Below, in pieces: positions 1-10,005 of a stretch of DNA of 64,000 nt; positions within the stretch are counted from its first letter, which is position 1, and each line of letters opens with the position of its first letter. Origin of the DNA: Pseudomonadales bacterium (lineage in GTDB: Bacteria; Pseudomonadota; Gammaproteobacteria; Pseudomonadales; Azotimanducaceae); assembly GCA_017854255.1 (NCBI GenBank), contig JAFMIA010000002.1, positions 10,639-74,638 of the forward strand, written 5' to 3'. The position numbers and the translations under genes were made by a program. Below the pieces are notes generated by a model that was given only the letters and a program-made list of their open reading frames with translations, was not told the DNA's origin and did not search any database.

Positions 1-655
1 GTATTTAATGGCCTTACCGAACCTTAAGGTGGCCCTAGGCAATCACGATCTGCACTTTTTAGCGCTCGCCAAAGGCATCAAAACACCCACCCCGAGTGAC
101 ACGATCGGAGATTTACTGACCCATCCTGATCGAGAGCAGTTTGTTGCGTGGTTACAAAAGCAACCGCTACTCATCTGCGATGATGTCAATCAGCGGTTAA
201 TGGTTCACGCTGGGCTCCCTGATATTTGGTCTTTGGATCAAGTCAAACACCTTGCGCATGAGATTGAACAACAGCTGCGCGGCGCCTCAGTCGACGCTTT
301 TTTGAACAATATGTACGGCGATACCCCAGCAATCTGGTCCGACACCCTGACCACCCCAGACCGATTGCGCCTTGCAACCAATTTTTTTACGCGCCTGCGC
401 TTCTACAAATCAACCGGTGAGCTCGAGTTGACCCATAAAACAGAGACTGCGCCCGAGGGCTTCACCCCCTGGTTTAATACTCGGCACGCCAGTCTTGCCG
501 ACTACACCCTGATCTTTGGGCATTGGGCGGCCTTAGGCGGCGTGCGGCAGGAAAGACTGATCGGACTCGACACAGGTGCGGTTTGGGGCCGACACTTAAC
601 GGCTCTACGACTCGAAGACGGCGTCTATTTTACGCAACCTGCCGCGTCAGAATGA
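1..655 (+). CDS. apaH: Bis(5'-nucleosyl)-tetraphosphatase, symmetrical (ApaH); 5' end cut by the window edge
   Basis: The translation 'LKVALGNHDLHFLALAKGIK...MVHAGL...FGHWAALGG' aligns with E. coli ApaH from about residue 60 onward, including the metallophosphatase GNHD and GHW motifs. The frame is open back to base 2. Confidence 0.85.
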   Translation, partial: YLMALPNLKVALGNHDLHFLALAKGIKTPTPSDTIGDLLTHPDREQFVAWLQKQPLLICDDVNQRLMVHAGLPDIWSLDQVKHLAHEIEQQLRGASVDAFLNNMYGDTPAIWSDTLTTPDRLRLATNFFTRLRFYKSTGELELTHKTETAPEGFTPWFNTRHASLADYTLIFGHWAALGGVRQERLIGLDTGAVWGRHLTALRLEDGVYFTQPAASE

Positions 656-682
656 AGCATACCAATGGGACATGAGGCATTG

Positions 683-1780
683 ATGAACACCTTTTTAGTC
701 GGCGGGGCCGTCCGAGATACGTTACTCGGCCTGCCAATTCTCGAACGCGATTGGGTCGTTGTTGGCGAGACACCTGATTCGATGCTGGACCGCGGCTTTA
801 GACAAGTGGGCAAGGACTTCCCAGTGTTCTTGCACCCCGAAACCCAAGAAGAATATGCGCTGGCGCGCCGGGAGTACAAGCAGGCGCCCGGTCATCAAGG
901 GTTTCGCTTTGATACAGACCCTGGTATTACGCTTGAGGAAGATCTCAGTCGGCGCGATCTTACGATCAATGCGATTGCAAAAGCCCCTGATGGCACCTTG
1001 ATTGATCCTTACGGCGGTCAAAAAGATCTTGCCGACCGTCTGCTGCGGCACGTCTCTGACGCCTTCACTGAGGACCCTTTACGAATCCTACGCCTGGCCC
1101 AGTTCCAGGCCCGATTGAAGGGGCTTGGATTCAGGGTTCATGATCTCACAACAAAGCTGTGCCGTGAGATGGTCGCGCGAGGGGATCTTGACACGCTCTC
1201 ACGGGAACGCGTCTTCAAAGAGCTCGAAAAAGCGCTTAGCGCGCCGCATCCCTCTGAATTTTTTGCGGTACTCGCGTCGGTCAATGCGTTGGCGCAGCTG
1301 TTCCAAGGCGTTGAACTCGCCGAAACCAAAAATCTCGATGGGCCGGCGACAGATACGTCACCGCCATCGCGCTTTAGCCAACTGGTCCTTGAAAATCCTG
1401 ACTTGGACTTACAGGGCCTCAACAAACAATTGGCAATCCCGAAGCACTGGCTGGAACTTGCCAGCATGACGCGGACTTGGGCTGCGGCGTTCTGCCAAGT
1501 CACGACGCTGAGCGCGGACGCCATTCTTGCGGTCCTAGAGCGCGGTGACGCCCGACGAAAACCTGAGCGTTTTGCGCAATCGGTTCACATCAGTTGCCAG
1601 TCGCTGATCATCGATTCGGCGGAGCAGACTCAGATTCTCGGGCTTTGGCAACGCCTCGTTCAGGAAACCGCCAAGGTGAGCCTGCCGGAGACCGCGAGCG
1701 GCCTATCCGGCCAGGACATCAAAGCGATGATCCGAGCAGAGCAGTTACGCCGAATTGAAGCAACTTGTGATCGGAACTAA
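683..1780 (+). CDS. cca: CCA-adding tRNA nucleotidyltransferase
   Basis: The N-terminus 'MNTFLVGGAVRDTLLGLP..DWVVVG' and the 'RRDLTINA' motif are typical of class II nucleotidyltransferases. I prefer the ATG at 683, which gives the canonical MxxYLVGGAVRD start, over the ORF-track start at 665. Confidence 0.85.
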   Translation: MNTFLVGGAVRDTLLGLPILERDWVVVGETPDSMLDRGFRQVGKDFPVFLHPETQEEYALARREYKQAPGHQGFRFDTDPGITLEEDLSRRDLTINAIAKAPDGTLIDPYGGQKDLADRLLRHVSDAFTEDPLRILRLAQFQARLKGLGFRVHDLTTKLCREMVARGDLDTLSRERVFKELEKALSAPHPSEFFAVLASVNALAQLFQGVELAETKNLDGPATDTSPPSRFSQLVLENPDLDLQGLNKQLAIPKHWLELASMTRTWAAAFCQVTTLSADAILAVLERGDARRKPERFAQSVHISCQSLIIDSAEQTQILGLWQRLVQETAKVSLPETASGLSGQDIKAMIRAEQLRRIEATCDRN

Positions 1781-2495
1781 AGTTGCCCTGATCACTGGCG
1801 CCGCGCAACGACTCGGGCGCGGCATTGCCGAGCATCTGCACCAATCAGGTTGGCAGCTTGCACTCGGGTTTAGCCAATCAAAAACAGCCGCCGACGCCAT
1901 CGCCCACAAACTGAATCAGGCGCGCCCAAAGTCAGTCCGACTCTTTCAAGCCGATCTTGCTCAGCAATCAGATGTTGCACAACTCATCAATGACGTTAAA
2001 GCCGAATATGACCATTTGGACCTAATTGTTAACAACGCGGCCGTTTTTCCGAGTACGCCTTTTGGCAGCACGTCGCCCGCGCAATGGGACGAAATCTTTA
2101 GCGTCAATCTCAAAGCACCGTTCATGATTTGCCAAGGCCTTGCCCCAATCATGGCGCCCTATTCGAGCATTATTAATATATGTGATGTCTTCGGCGAGAA
2201 ACCCCTTGCGGGTCATAGCGCCTACACTGCAAGCAAAGCCGGGCTAATAATGCTGACGAAAAGCTTGGCCCTGGAGCTTGCACCCGGGATCCGAGTCAAT
2301 GGGATCGCGCCCGGCGCACTGCTTGAACCAGCGGGTTATGAGGATGCGGGTCTGCTCACTGATCTCATTACACGCACCCCCCTGCACCGCCTGGGAGGCT
2401 CTGACTGCCTCGACTCGATCGTTGCCTTTCTCGTCGACAATCAATACATTACCGGGCAGGTAATCCCGATCGATGGCGGCCTTTCAACGACCTAG
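1755..2495 (+). CDS. Short-chain dehydrogenase, pteridine reductase (PTR1/FolM-like) family
   Basis: It has 'VALITGAAQRLGRGIAEHL', the TGAAxRLG signature of PTR1/FolM-type SDRs. It also has the 'YTASKAG' YxxxK catalytic motif and ends with 'ITGQVIPIDGG'. The start may be TTG 1755 or GTG 1767. Both overlap the end of cca. Confidence 0.7.
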   Translation: MKQLVIGTKVALITGAAQRLGRGIAEHLHQSGWQLALGFSQSKTAADAIAHKLNQARPKSVRLFQADLAQQSDVAQLINDVKAEYDHLDLIVNNAAVFPSTPFGSTSPAQWDEIFSVNLKAPFMICQGLAPIMAPYSSIINICDVFGEKPLAGHSAYTASKAGLIMLTKSLALELAPGIRVNGIAPGALLEPAGYEDAGLLTDLITRTPLHRLGGSDCLDSIVAFLVDNQYITGQVIPIDGGLSTT

Positions 2496-3790
2496 CGCGC
2501 TTCCCGATCGATTGCGCGATAGCCAATATCGTCCCGATGGTATTGGCCCTCAAATTGAATCGCCTTCACGGCCTGATAGACCAATCGCTGGGCCTGCTCA
2601 ACAGAATCCGCGGTTGCTGCAACCGTTAAAACCCGGCCGCCATTCGTTGTTAAAACCCCATCGAGTAGGCGAGTTCCCGCATGAAAAACAACCGCATCTT
2701 GAACCTCACTCAGCCCACTAATCGGCGCCCCAACCTCATAATCTCCAGGGTAGCCGGCACTGGCAAGCACGACCGCAAGCGCGGCTTTGGGTGAGAAGGC
2801 AAGCGTCTCTTCAGCCAATCGGTGCTCGACGGCCGCCAAACACACTTCAGCCAAATCACTTTCGAGACGCATCATGATGGGCTGGGTCTCTGGATCGCCA
2901 AACCGACAATTAAATTCAATCACACTGGGCGCCCCGAGGGCATCGATCATTAAGCCTGCATACAGAAACCCGGTGTAGTGAATGCCTTCACTCAAAAGGC
3001 CCTGCAAAGTCGGGGCAATGATCTGTTCGCAAATGCGCTCGCTTACAGCCTGGGTCACAACCGGTGCCGGGGAATAAGCGCCCATGCCCCCGGTATTGGG
3101 ACCTTGATCGCCATTAAAAATGGCTTTGTGGTCTTGTGAGGTTGCAAAGGCGTGGAAATCCGTTCCATCGGCTAGAACAATAAAACTGGCTTCTTCCCCA
3201 ACCAGGAACGCTTCAACCACGACGCGAGCACCCGCGCGACCAAAGGCATTCCCCAACAACATGTCATCGATCGCAGCCTCGGCGGCCGCAAGACTTTGGG
3301 CCACCACGACGCCTTTTCCCGCCGCCAGTCCGTCCGCTTTAATCACAACGGGCAACCCTAGTTCTTGCGCAAAGGTCTTCGCGGCGCTGGGATCGGTAAA
3401 GCTCGAAAAGCGCGCTGTTGGGATGTTATGCCGCGCCAAAAATTCTTTCGAGAAGGTTTTCGAGCCTTCCAGTTGCGCCGCATCCGCCGAGGGCGCAAGG
3501 CACGCAAGCCCAAAGCGTGCGAACGCTGCCTGAATACCCGCAACCAATGGCCCTTCCGGCCCCACAACGGTCAGCTCAATTTGATGCGCTTTAGCAAATG
3601 AGCACAGCGCGTCAAAATCCATCGGATCAATATCAACATTTTCAAGCTTTGCGGCCGTCGCTGTGCCGCCATTACCGGGTGCAACATAGACCACACTGAC
3701 ATTTTCAGACTGCGCAAACTTCCAGGCCAAGGCATGCTCTCGGCCCCCTGAGCCCACCACTAATATTTTCACGTTTTTTACCCTCTCCAT
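2492..3790 (-). CDS. purD: Phosphoribosylamine--glycine ligase
   Basis: Full-length match to PurD: 'KILVVGSGGREHALAWK', an ATP-grasp core, and 'GPNTGGMGAYSP'. The true start may be the GTG at 3772, which yields 'MKILVVGSGGREHA' and sits behind GGAGAGG. Confidence 0.95.
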   Translation of the reverse strand: MERVKNVKILVVGSGGREHALAWKFAQSENVSVVYVAPGNGGTATAAKLENVDIDPMDFDALCSFAKAHQIELTVVGPEGPLVAGIQAAFARFGLACLAPSADAAQLEGSKTFSKEFLARHNIPTARFSSFTDPSAAKTFAQELGLPVVIKADGLAAGKGVVVAQSLAAAEAAIDDMLLGNAFGRAGARVVVEAFLVGEEASFIVLADGTDFHAFATSQDHKAIFNGDQGPNTGGMGAYSPAPVVTQAVSERICEQIIAPTLQGLLSEGIHYTGFLYAGLMIDALGAPSVIEFNCRFGDPETQPIMMRLESDLAEVCLAAVEHRLAEETLAFSPKAALAVVLASAGYPGDYEVGAPISGLSEVQDAVVFHAGTRLLDGVLTTNGGRVLTVAATADSVEQAQRLVYQAVKAIQFEGQYHRDDIGYRAIDREAR

Positions 3791-3817
3791 CTGCGCAAAC
3801 CCTGCGCCAGCGCTGGT

Positions 3818-5395
3818 TTAGTGCTTAAAATGCCGAACGCCAGTGAACAGCATCGCCATACCCGCATCATCTGCTGCTTGAATCACCTCTTCATCCCGAA
3901 CGGAGCCGCCCGGCTGGATCACTGCGGTAATACCGGCCGCCGCCGCCGCATCCAGCCCATCTCGAAACGGGAAGAAAGCATCCGAGGCCATAACAGAACC
4001 CGGCACCACCAGATTTTCATCAGCGGCTTTGATTCCGGCGATTTTGGCACTGTAGACGCGGCTCATTTGCCCCGCACCGACCCCAATGGTTTGCTCATGC
4101 TTTGCATAGACAATGGCGTTGGATTTCACATTTTTTGCGACCTTCCAGGCAAACATCAGATCAATCTGCTCTTGGGCCGTGGGTTGTCGTTTAGAGACGC
4201 ATTGCAGATGCTCAGGTTCATACAATAAGGTATCGCGAGTCTGCACCAAGAGACCACCGGAGACCCGTTTTAAATCAAACCCAACTTGACCCGAATTTGC
4301 GCCGCCGACGGTTAACACCCGGACATTCTTTTTAGTCGCCAAAATCGCAGCCGCGGCGGGCGTTACCGCATCCGCGACCAGCACTTCAACAAACTGCCGA
4401 TCGATCATGTTTTGAGCCAAACGCTCATCAACACAGCCATTGATCGCGATAATGCCGCCAAACGCAGAGGTTGGATCGGTCGCGAAGGCCTTGTCGTAGG
4501 CTTCAAAAAAATCCTGACCCGACGCCACACCACAAGGGTTAGCATGTTTCACAATAACGCAGGTCGGCGATGAAAAAGACCGCACACATTCCAAGGCGGC
4601 ATCAGCATCGGCTAGATTATTAAACGACAGATCCTTTCCCTGGATTTGGACCGCATCCGACAGACTGCCTGCCTGTACAGGATCCTCGCGATAATACGCC
4701 GCGTGCTGATGGGGGTTTTCGCCATACCGCATATCTTGAACTTTGACCCACTGCTGAGACAAGACTGACGGGAACAAACTCGGATGATGGTGATCTGACT
4801 CGGTCTCTCTAGCGGCGAGATAATTCGAAATCACGGCATCATACTGCGCGATACGCGCAAAGGCCTTGCGCGCACAATCAAACCGCACCTGCCGCGGCAC
4901 GGCGCCGGTGTTGTCGTCGAGCGTTTGAATAAGACCTGCATAGTCCGCCGGACTGGTAAGGACCGTCACCCGATCGAAATTCTTAGCACCGGATCGAATC
5001 ATTGCTGGGCCGCCGATATCGATATTTTCAATCGCGGTTTCCAAAGAACAATCTGCCGCCTCGGTCACCGCTTCAAACGGATACAAATTAACAACGAGCA
5101 GATCAATCGCTGTAATTGCTTGCTCGGCCATAACCGTGTTGTCGATCCCCGCGCGACCTAACAGGCCACCATGCACTTTCGGATGCAGCGTCTTAACCCG
5201 ACCTTGCATCATTTCTGGAGAACCTGTGTATTCCGAGATTTCAGTCACTTCGTACCCAGCCGCACGGATGAACGCATAGGTCCCGCCGGTCGAAATGAGC
5301 GCCACACCCCGAGCGGCGAGCGCGGCAAGCAGATCTTCCAGACCCGTCTTATCGGAAACACTAATTAATGCACTCTTTACGACAACCGTGTCCAT
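3818..5395 (-). CDS. purH: Bifunctional AICAR formyltransferase / IMP cyclohydrolase
   Basis: 525 aa. It has '[11 protein letters not shown]', 'TGGTYAFI', '[13 protein letters not shown]' and the C-terminal '[10 protein letters not shown]', all hallmark PurH segments. Confidence 0.97.
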   Translation of the reverse strand: MDTVVVKSALISVSDKTGLEDLLAALAARGVALISTGGTYAFIRAAGYEVTEISEYTGSPEMMQGRVKTLHPKVHGGLLGRAGIDNTVMAEQAITAIDLLVVNLYPFEAVTEAADCSLETAIENIDIGGPAMIRSGAKNFDRVTVLTSPADYAGLIQTLDDNTGAVPRQVRFDCARKAFARIAQYDAVISNYLAARETESDHHHPSLFPSVLSQQWVKVQDMRYGENPHQHAAYYREDPVQAGSLSDAVQIQGKDLSFNNLADADAALECVRSFSSPTCVIVKHANPCGVASGQDFFEAYDKAFATDPTSAFGGIIAINGCVDERLAQNMIDRQFVEVLVADAVTPAAAAILATKKNVRVLTVGGANSGQVGFDLKRVSGGLLVQTRDTLLYEPEHLQCVSKRQPTAQEQIDLMFAWKVAKNVKSNAIVYAKHEQTIGVGAGQMSRVYSAKIAGIKAADENLVVPGSVMASDAFFPFRDGLDAAAAAGITAVIQPGGSVRDEEVIQAADDAGMAMLFTGVRHFKH

Positions 5396-5414
5396 ATCGC
5401 ACCTTTTATTCGAC

Positions 5415-5447
5415 TGTGTTTTATCTGTGTTTTATCTGTGTTTTATC
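5415..5447. repeat. Perfect 3 x 11-bp direct tandem repeat (TGTGTTTTATC; GATAAAACACA on the gene strand), 20-52 nt upstream of the purH start
   Basis: Read directly from 'cgac|tgtgttttatc|tgtgttttatc|tgtgttttatc|gct'. Confidence 0.95.
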
Positions 5448-5495
5448 GCTATTTAAAAAAATGGTTGCCTAGACCGCGCGCCAGCGCATTACGAT

Positions 5496-5534
5496 GGCGA
5501 GGCGCGTTGGCAAGGCGCGTTGGCGAGGCGCAGG
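5496..5534. repeat. About 3 x 13-bp GC-rich tandem repeat (GGCGAGGCGCGTT / GGCAAGGCGCGTT / GGCGAGGCGCagg), just downstream of the fis stop
   Basis: Read directly from the sequence. Copy 2 has one mismatch and copy 3 diverges in its last three bases. Confidence 0.9.
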
Positions 5535-5544
5535 CCGACCCAGG

Positions 5545-5814
5545 TTACAAAAGACCATATTTGCCTAACTTGGTCCGCAAGGTCCCTCGGCTTAAGCCTA
5601 ATAACCGGGCCGCCTTCGATTGGTTATCCCCAACATGCATCATGACTTGTCGAAGCAACGACGGTTCAACCTGAGCCAAGACTTGTGCATACAAATCATC
5701 AATCGGCTGGTCCTCAAGCAATCGCAGATAATCTTTGATGGTGTCTTCGACAGCAGACTTGATACTCACCCGCCCTAAAGGGCCTTGAAGACTGTCCGCC
5801 ACGTCTTGGCTCAT
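5545..5814 (-). CDS. fis: DNA-binding protein Fis
   Basis: The C-terminal HTH 'GNQSKAARLLGLSRGTLRTKLGKYGL' is typical of Fis. I place the start at the internal Met ('MSQDVADSL...'), giving 89 aa. That ATG overlaps the dusB stop as ATGA at 5811-5814. The 132-aa ORF-track version is an upstream over-extension into dusB. Confidence 0.9.
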   Translation of the reverse strand: MSQDVADSLQGPLGRVSIKSAVEDTIKDYLRLLEDQPIDDLYAQVLAQVEPSLLRQVMMHVGDNQSKAARLLGLSRGTLRTKLGKYGLL

Positions 5815-6815
5815 GCCGCCGCGCCGACCGCGTCGAGGTCCCAAAGGCGGTCCAGGAAGACCAGCTGTTGTGCATCGCACTGAATAAGATTGAAGGCTTG
5901 GCGGAACGGTTCGCTGCCAAGGGTGTTGGCCTGTAGAAACCAACCCACATGTTTTCGCGCGATCCGAAGACCTTGTTCAGGTCCATAATGATGATGCAAG
6001 GCGCGGACATGTCGCGCTAAAGCTCGGCACTGGGTTTCAAAGGATCGTTCAACCGGCGGTAAGCCGGTTGTCAAAAATCGATCAATATCAGCGGGCAGCC
6101 AAGGCCTGCCTTGCACCGCGCGCCCCAACATTATCGCATCCACACCCGTGTTCTGCAGCACTGAGGATGCCTGCTGCGCATTGGTGATATCACCATTGCC
6201 AATCACCGGAATACTGACTTTCGCTTTAACCCGTGCAATCGCCGCGTAGTCGACTTCACCCTGAAATCGACACGCCCGGGTTCTGCCGTGGACCGTTAGT
6301 GCTTGAATGCCAGCGGCCTCCGCAATCTGCGCAATGGTTTCCGCATTTTGTTCTTGCGGCGACCAACCAAGACGAATTTTCAACGTAACGGGAATCGTAA
6401 CCGCTGCGCAAACCGCCTTTAAAATCGCCGCAACCAAGCCTTCATCCCGAAGCAGCGCGGACCCGGCCGCTTTGTTGCACACCTTCTTGGCCGGACATCC
6501 CATGTTGATATCCAAAATATCCGCGCCAGCGATTTCGTTTGCTTTCGCAGCCGCCGCCATCATCTCGGGGTCAGATCCTGCAATCTGGACCCATCGGGGC
6601 CCCGTCTCATCCAGACTGACTTGACGGCTTTGAGATTTTCGGCTTTTCCAAAGCCCCTGATCACTGGTCAACATCTCACCAACCAGCCAAAACGCCCCAA
6701 ATTCACGGCACAGGTCCCGAAACGGACGATCCGTCACACCGGCCATTGGCGCGACAATCACCCGACTGGCATGTTGAATGCCTCCGATTTCAAGCATACT
6801 GGGCTTCTCCGGCAA
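5811..6815 (-). CDS. dusB: tRNA-dihydrouridine synthase B
   Basis: It has 'VIVAPMAGVTDRPFRDLCREFGA', 'DINMGCPAKKV' and 'LTVHGRTR', with the classic dusB-fis operon arrangement. The start is ATG 6815 or ATG 6797. Confidence 0.93.
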   Translation of the reverse strand: MPEKPSMLEIGGIQHASRVIVAPMAGVTDRPFRDLCREFGAFWLVGEMLTSDQGLWKSRKSQSRQVSLDETGPRWVQIAGSDPEMMAAAAKANEIAGADILDINMGCPAKKVCNKAAGSALLRDEGLVAAILKAVCAAVTIPVTLKIRLGWSPQEQNAETIAQIAEAAGIQALTVHGRTRACRFQGEVDYAAIARVKAKVSIPVIGNGDITNAQQASSVLQNTGVDAIMLGRAVQGRPWLPADIDRFLTTGLPPVERSFETQCRALARHVRALHHHYGPEQGLRIARKHVGWFLQANTLGSEPFRQAFNLIQCDAQQLVFLDRLWDLDAVGAAA

Positions 6816-6838
6816 AAAGCCGCCATAATAACAACAGA

Positions 6839-7762
6839 TTAAAGTGGGTTCACCAACTCAAGGCGATAAGACGTTGCGTTGGCATAGGATTTTTGGGCAA
6901 CCACGTCAAAAACAAGTCCTTGTGGCGCATCGGGTTCAAGGTCAATCAAGGCCGCTTCTCTAAGTTGGTAATCAACACCGGGGGTCAGTAATTTTTGACC
7001 CAGGTCTCGCCCCGAATTGTCTTGTAGAACAAACTTAAGCACCGGGAGGCCCTGCACGCGACTGGCCTTATTGATCAGCCTTGCCGATACCTGAGCCCGT
7101 CCGCTTGACCAGGCAGTCATACTAACGTCCTCTAGCGCCAGGCGGGTCACATCCTGAAAGGGCGGCACATGACAGCCAAAGATTTGGCAGCCCCCTTTCA
7201 TAAGACCATAAAGACCAGAATGACTGAGGGCGCGGTCCGTTCCAACCCAGATCAATTGAAAAACCAGCACCCCACCTAACAAAGCAGGTAAAGCCCAAGC
7301 TTTTAACCGAATGCCCATCATCGTTAATGTCTCAGAGGGCACCGATCCGGGCTTTTCCGCCTCTGCGGGATCAAATCCAGTTTGCTCTGGCGCCAAACCC
7401 TCGCTTGTCATGTCCGATGCGGTAACCGCATCAAACAGCGCGCTAGAAGCTGGGCGCGCTGCCGAGGCTTGACTTAACGTCACCTCATCCTGCGCAATCT
7501 CCTCGAGATCTAAATCAAGGGACTCTAGGCCCTCATCACTGATCTGAGGCAAGCTTGCCGCGCTAGCATCGGCTTCAAAAAGCGTATCTGGCGGAGGCCT
7601 CTGGGGCGTAAACGCCTCAATTTCATCATCGGTCTTGATTGGATCCTCTGCATGAAACAGTGCTTGGCACTGTCCACATTGAAGCTGGCCACTGGCAACC
7701 CCAAGCTCTCTCAATGAGACTTTAAAAGCCGTTCCACAATTTGGACATTGCGCGACTAACAT
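6839..7762 (-). CDS. Zinc-ribbon (MJ0042-type) / DUF3426 family membrane protein
   Basis: The N-terminus 'CPNCGTAFKV...LQCGQCQALF' is a CxxC...CxxC zinc ribbon. It is followed by an acidic low-complexity linker, one TM helix and a C-terminal beta-rich domain. It occupies the same position between prmA and dusB as the Pseudomonas homologue. Confidence 0.7.
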   Translation of the reverse strand: MLVAQCPNCGTAFKVSLRELGVASGQLQCGQCQALFHAEDPIKTDDEIEAFTPQRPPPDTLFEADASAASLPQISDEGLESLDLDLEEIAQDEVTLSQASAARPASSALFDAVTASDMTSEGLAPEQTGFDPAEAEKPGSVPSETLTMMGIRLKAWALPALLGGVLVFQLIWVGTDRALSHSGLYGLMKGGCQIFGCHVPPFQDVTRLALEDVSMTAWSSGRAQVSARLINKASRVQGLPVLKFVLQDNSGRDLGQKLLTPGVDYQLREAALIDLEPDAPQGLVFDVVAQKSYANATSYRLELVNPL

Positions 7763-8622
7763 AACTTAGCCACCAGACAGACCCAGCCATCGCGCTCAAA
7801 TTGGTCCACAAACCGGACCCGCCCCTCATAGGCCTGCTCAACCATGACTTGTTGGCTACTCATAATCCCGGACAAAACCAGCATGCCATCCTTGGCCAAG
7901 CAATCCATTAAATTTTGCGCCAGCAACACAAGCGGCGCCGCCAAAATATTGGCTAAAACCACATCGTACTGTGCGGGCTCAAAGGCCTCTGGCAAGGTGG
8001 CAACAATGTGCTGATCAACCTGGTTTAGCGCGGCATTTTCATTCGTTGCGGTAATCGCTTGGGGGTCGGTATCCACCGCGCGGCAGGACCCCGCGCCAAG
8101 CAACAAGGCTGCAATACCCAAAACACCCGATCCAGCACCATAATCCAAGACCGATTGTTGCCGCCAAGTTTGTCGATCGAGCCATTCGAGAATTAAAGCC
8201 GTGGTGGCATGGGTGCCCGTGCCAAACGCAAGGCCCGGATCCAGTCTCAGAGCGACCTCGGCGGCGCTTGGCACCTCGTATTCCGTCGGGACAATCCATA
8301 ATCGCGGGCCAAACGGCATGGGTTCAAACTGCGTCAACCATTCCCGCTCCCAAACCCGCTCTGCCATGGTCTCAACTTGGATGACGTTAAGACCCTCTGA
8401 CTCAAACCCAGCCACAATGGCGGTGATGTCTTGGTCTTGCTCATAGAGGCCGCAAAGATCAACCGCCGCCCAAAGCGGCGTTTCTCCGGGCCCAGGTTCA
8501 TAGATTGGCGCATCCAGAGGATCCGTCAAGGTCACAGACAAGGCGCCCGATTCCCAGAGATGTTCTTCGATGTTGTCCGCATCAGACTCTGCGGCCGAAA
8601 TGGTTACTTTATGCCAATACAC
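7756..8622 (-). CDS. prmA: Ribosomal protein L11 methyltransferase
   Basis: It has 'GLAFGTGTHATTALILEWL' and the SAM motif 'VLDYGAGSGVLGIAA'. The start is GTG, preceded by AGGAG. Confidence 0.93.
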   Translation of the reverse strand: MYWHKVTISAAESDADNIEEHLWESGALSVTLTDPLDAPIYEPGPGETPLWAAVDLCGLYEQDQDITAIVAGFESEGLNVIQVETMAERVWEREWLTQFEPMPFGPRLWIVPTEYEVPSAAEVALRLDPGLAFGTGTHATTALILEWLDRQTWRQQSVLDYGAGSGVLGIAALLLGAGSCRAVDTDPQAITATNENAALNQVDQHIVATLPEAFEPAQYDVVLANILAAPLVLLAQNLMDCLAKDGMLVLSGIMSSQQVMVEQAYEGRVRFVDQFERDGWVCLVAKLC

Positions 8623-8908
8623 AAACGCTCCTAGAGGCAGACTGGAAGGTCCAGCCCAGTCTTTACTGCTTGAATCTTTTGGGTGAGGGCGAGATTAACC
8701 CAGCCCGGGCAAGCATCACACCCATCCTCCCTTTAACGGCCGCCTGCCGTCACGCGTCACCTTCGCTTGCGCCGCGCCGACTCAAAACCGGCAGCACCGA
8801 CCGGGCCAACCCGAGCTGACAAAGCCTGCTCGAACGATGAGGCCATCTTTTATGTTCAGCACGACCCAACTGCCGGTCAGCAAGACAGGTGCTCACGTGC
8901 CAGACCGA

Positions 8909-9346
8909 TCAAGTCCCTTGTGCCAGTACATAGGACAGTGCGAAACCGTAACCTTTAGAACCCAACCCCGTGATCACACCGCGGGCGATGTCCGATAAAT
9001 AAGAATGATGCCGAAAGGTTTCGCGACTAAAAACATTCGACAAATGGACTTCAATAAAGGGTCGGTTCACGGCCAGAAAGGCATCACGAAGCGCGATACT
9101 GGTGTGCGTCAGTGCCCCAGGATTGATAATCACCCAATCAACGGAGTCTTTGGCTGCGTGCAAACAATCAATCAGCGCATGCTCTGCATTGGATTGAAAA
9201 AAGCTCAGCGCAACCTTATCGGGATCACACTGGGCAAGTAAGCTGTTTTCAATGTCCTTCAAGCTTTCAGAACCATACACTTCAGGCTCGCGGGTACCCA
9301 ACAAATTCAAGTTGGGACCATTCATAACCAAAATCTGCTGTTTCAT
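8909..9346 (-). CDS. aroQ: Type II 3-dehydroquinate dehydratase
   Basis: 145 aa with '[21 protein letters not shown]', '[17 protein letters not shown]' and 'IEVHLSNV'. Confidence 0.95.
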   Translation of the reverse strand: MKQQILVMNGPNLNLLGTREPEVYGSESLKDIENSLLAQCDPDKVALSFFQSNAEHALIDCLHAAKDSVDWVIINPGALTHTSIALRDAFLAVNRPFIEVHLSNVFSRETFRHHSYLSDIARGVITGLGSKGYGFALSYVLAQGT

Positions 9347-9485
9347 CTGTTGCTCGCTTCAGGCGCTTATCGCAATCTTAAATTGAACTGAGGATAATTA
9401 ACATGGGCGAGCTGGTCGGTTCATGCCGCCCCAAGCCGGCAACTGGGTTCCATCACATCGTTCAATCACGGCGGGTTTCTTTGGT

Positions 9486-9962
9486 TTAATCCAGTCCGAC
9501 CCATCGTTTTTGCGGCGGGTAGCAGTAACCTGCTTCAGCACAACCCTGATATTCAATGAGAAACGGCTTGACGCCCTCCTTGGCTTTCGACAGATCAGAT
9601 CCGAGCGAGACATCAAGCGCTAAGTCCCCACGGTAGATCAAAACGTCTCCAAAATACTCGTCGTGATAGGATTCGCCCTCGGGCAACTGAACGGCAACGC
9701 GCTCGCCGTTAGGCCCTGCAACCTTTAAACGGCTGCGATATAAATAGTGTCCTGGCTCAACGCGCCACAACAACTGCAGGCGCTGCCCTTGAACAAATCC
9801 GAGAAATTCAAAGGCGGTATCAACCGGTAAAATGCTGTTAGCCAAGTCATTTTGCGGCGCGCTCGATTGAAAGAAATCAAGGGCCCCCGCCGCCTCACCG
9901 ATCGGTGCTTGGCTTAAACACCAGGCCAAAAGCCCAATTTTAAGTAGAGAATATCGCTTCAT
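9486..9962 (-). CDS. Stand-alone DsbD N-terminal (alpha) domain protein with signal peptide. It may be a remnant of full-length dsbD
   Basis: It has the signal peptide 'MKRYSLLKIGLLAWCLSQAPIGEAAG'. Its C-terminal 'EYQGCAEAGYCYPP' matches the DsbD-alpha redox motif (YQGCAxxGxCYPP). The ORF stops 9 codons later, with no TM or thioredoxin domains. I chose the start at 9962 from SD spacing. The ORF-track start is 10007. Confidence 0.7.
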   Translation of the reverse strand: MKRYSLLKIGLLAWCLSQAPIGEAAGALDFFQSSAPQNDLANSILPVDTAFEFLGFVQGQRLQLLWRVEPGHYLYRSRLKVAGPNGERVAVQLPEGESYHDEYFGDVLIYRGDLALDVSLGSDLSKAKEGVKPFLIEYQGCAEAGYCYPPQKRWVGLD

Positions 9963-10005
9963 GCCCATCGCTTCCTTTTTCTCAATCCCGTCGTAGACTA
10001 CAACC

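Noticed and set aside
8630-8665. 'GGAAGGTCCAGCCC' resembles the RNase P RNA 'GGAAAGUCCGGGC' core.
   Set aside because: The surrounding 286 bp are too short for the rest of the RNA. They also lack the other universally conserved RNase P segments, such as 'ACAGAACCCGGCUUA'.
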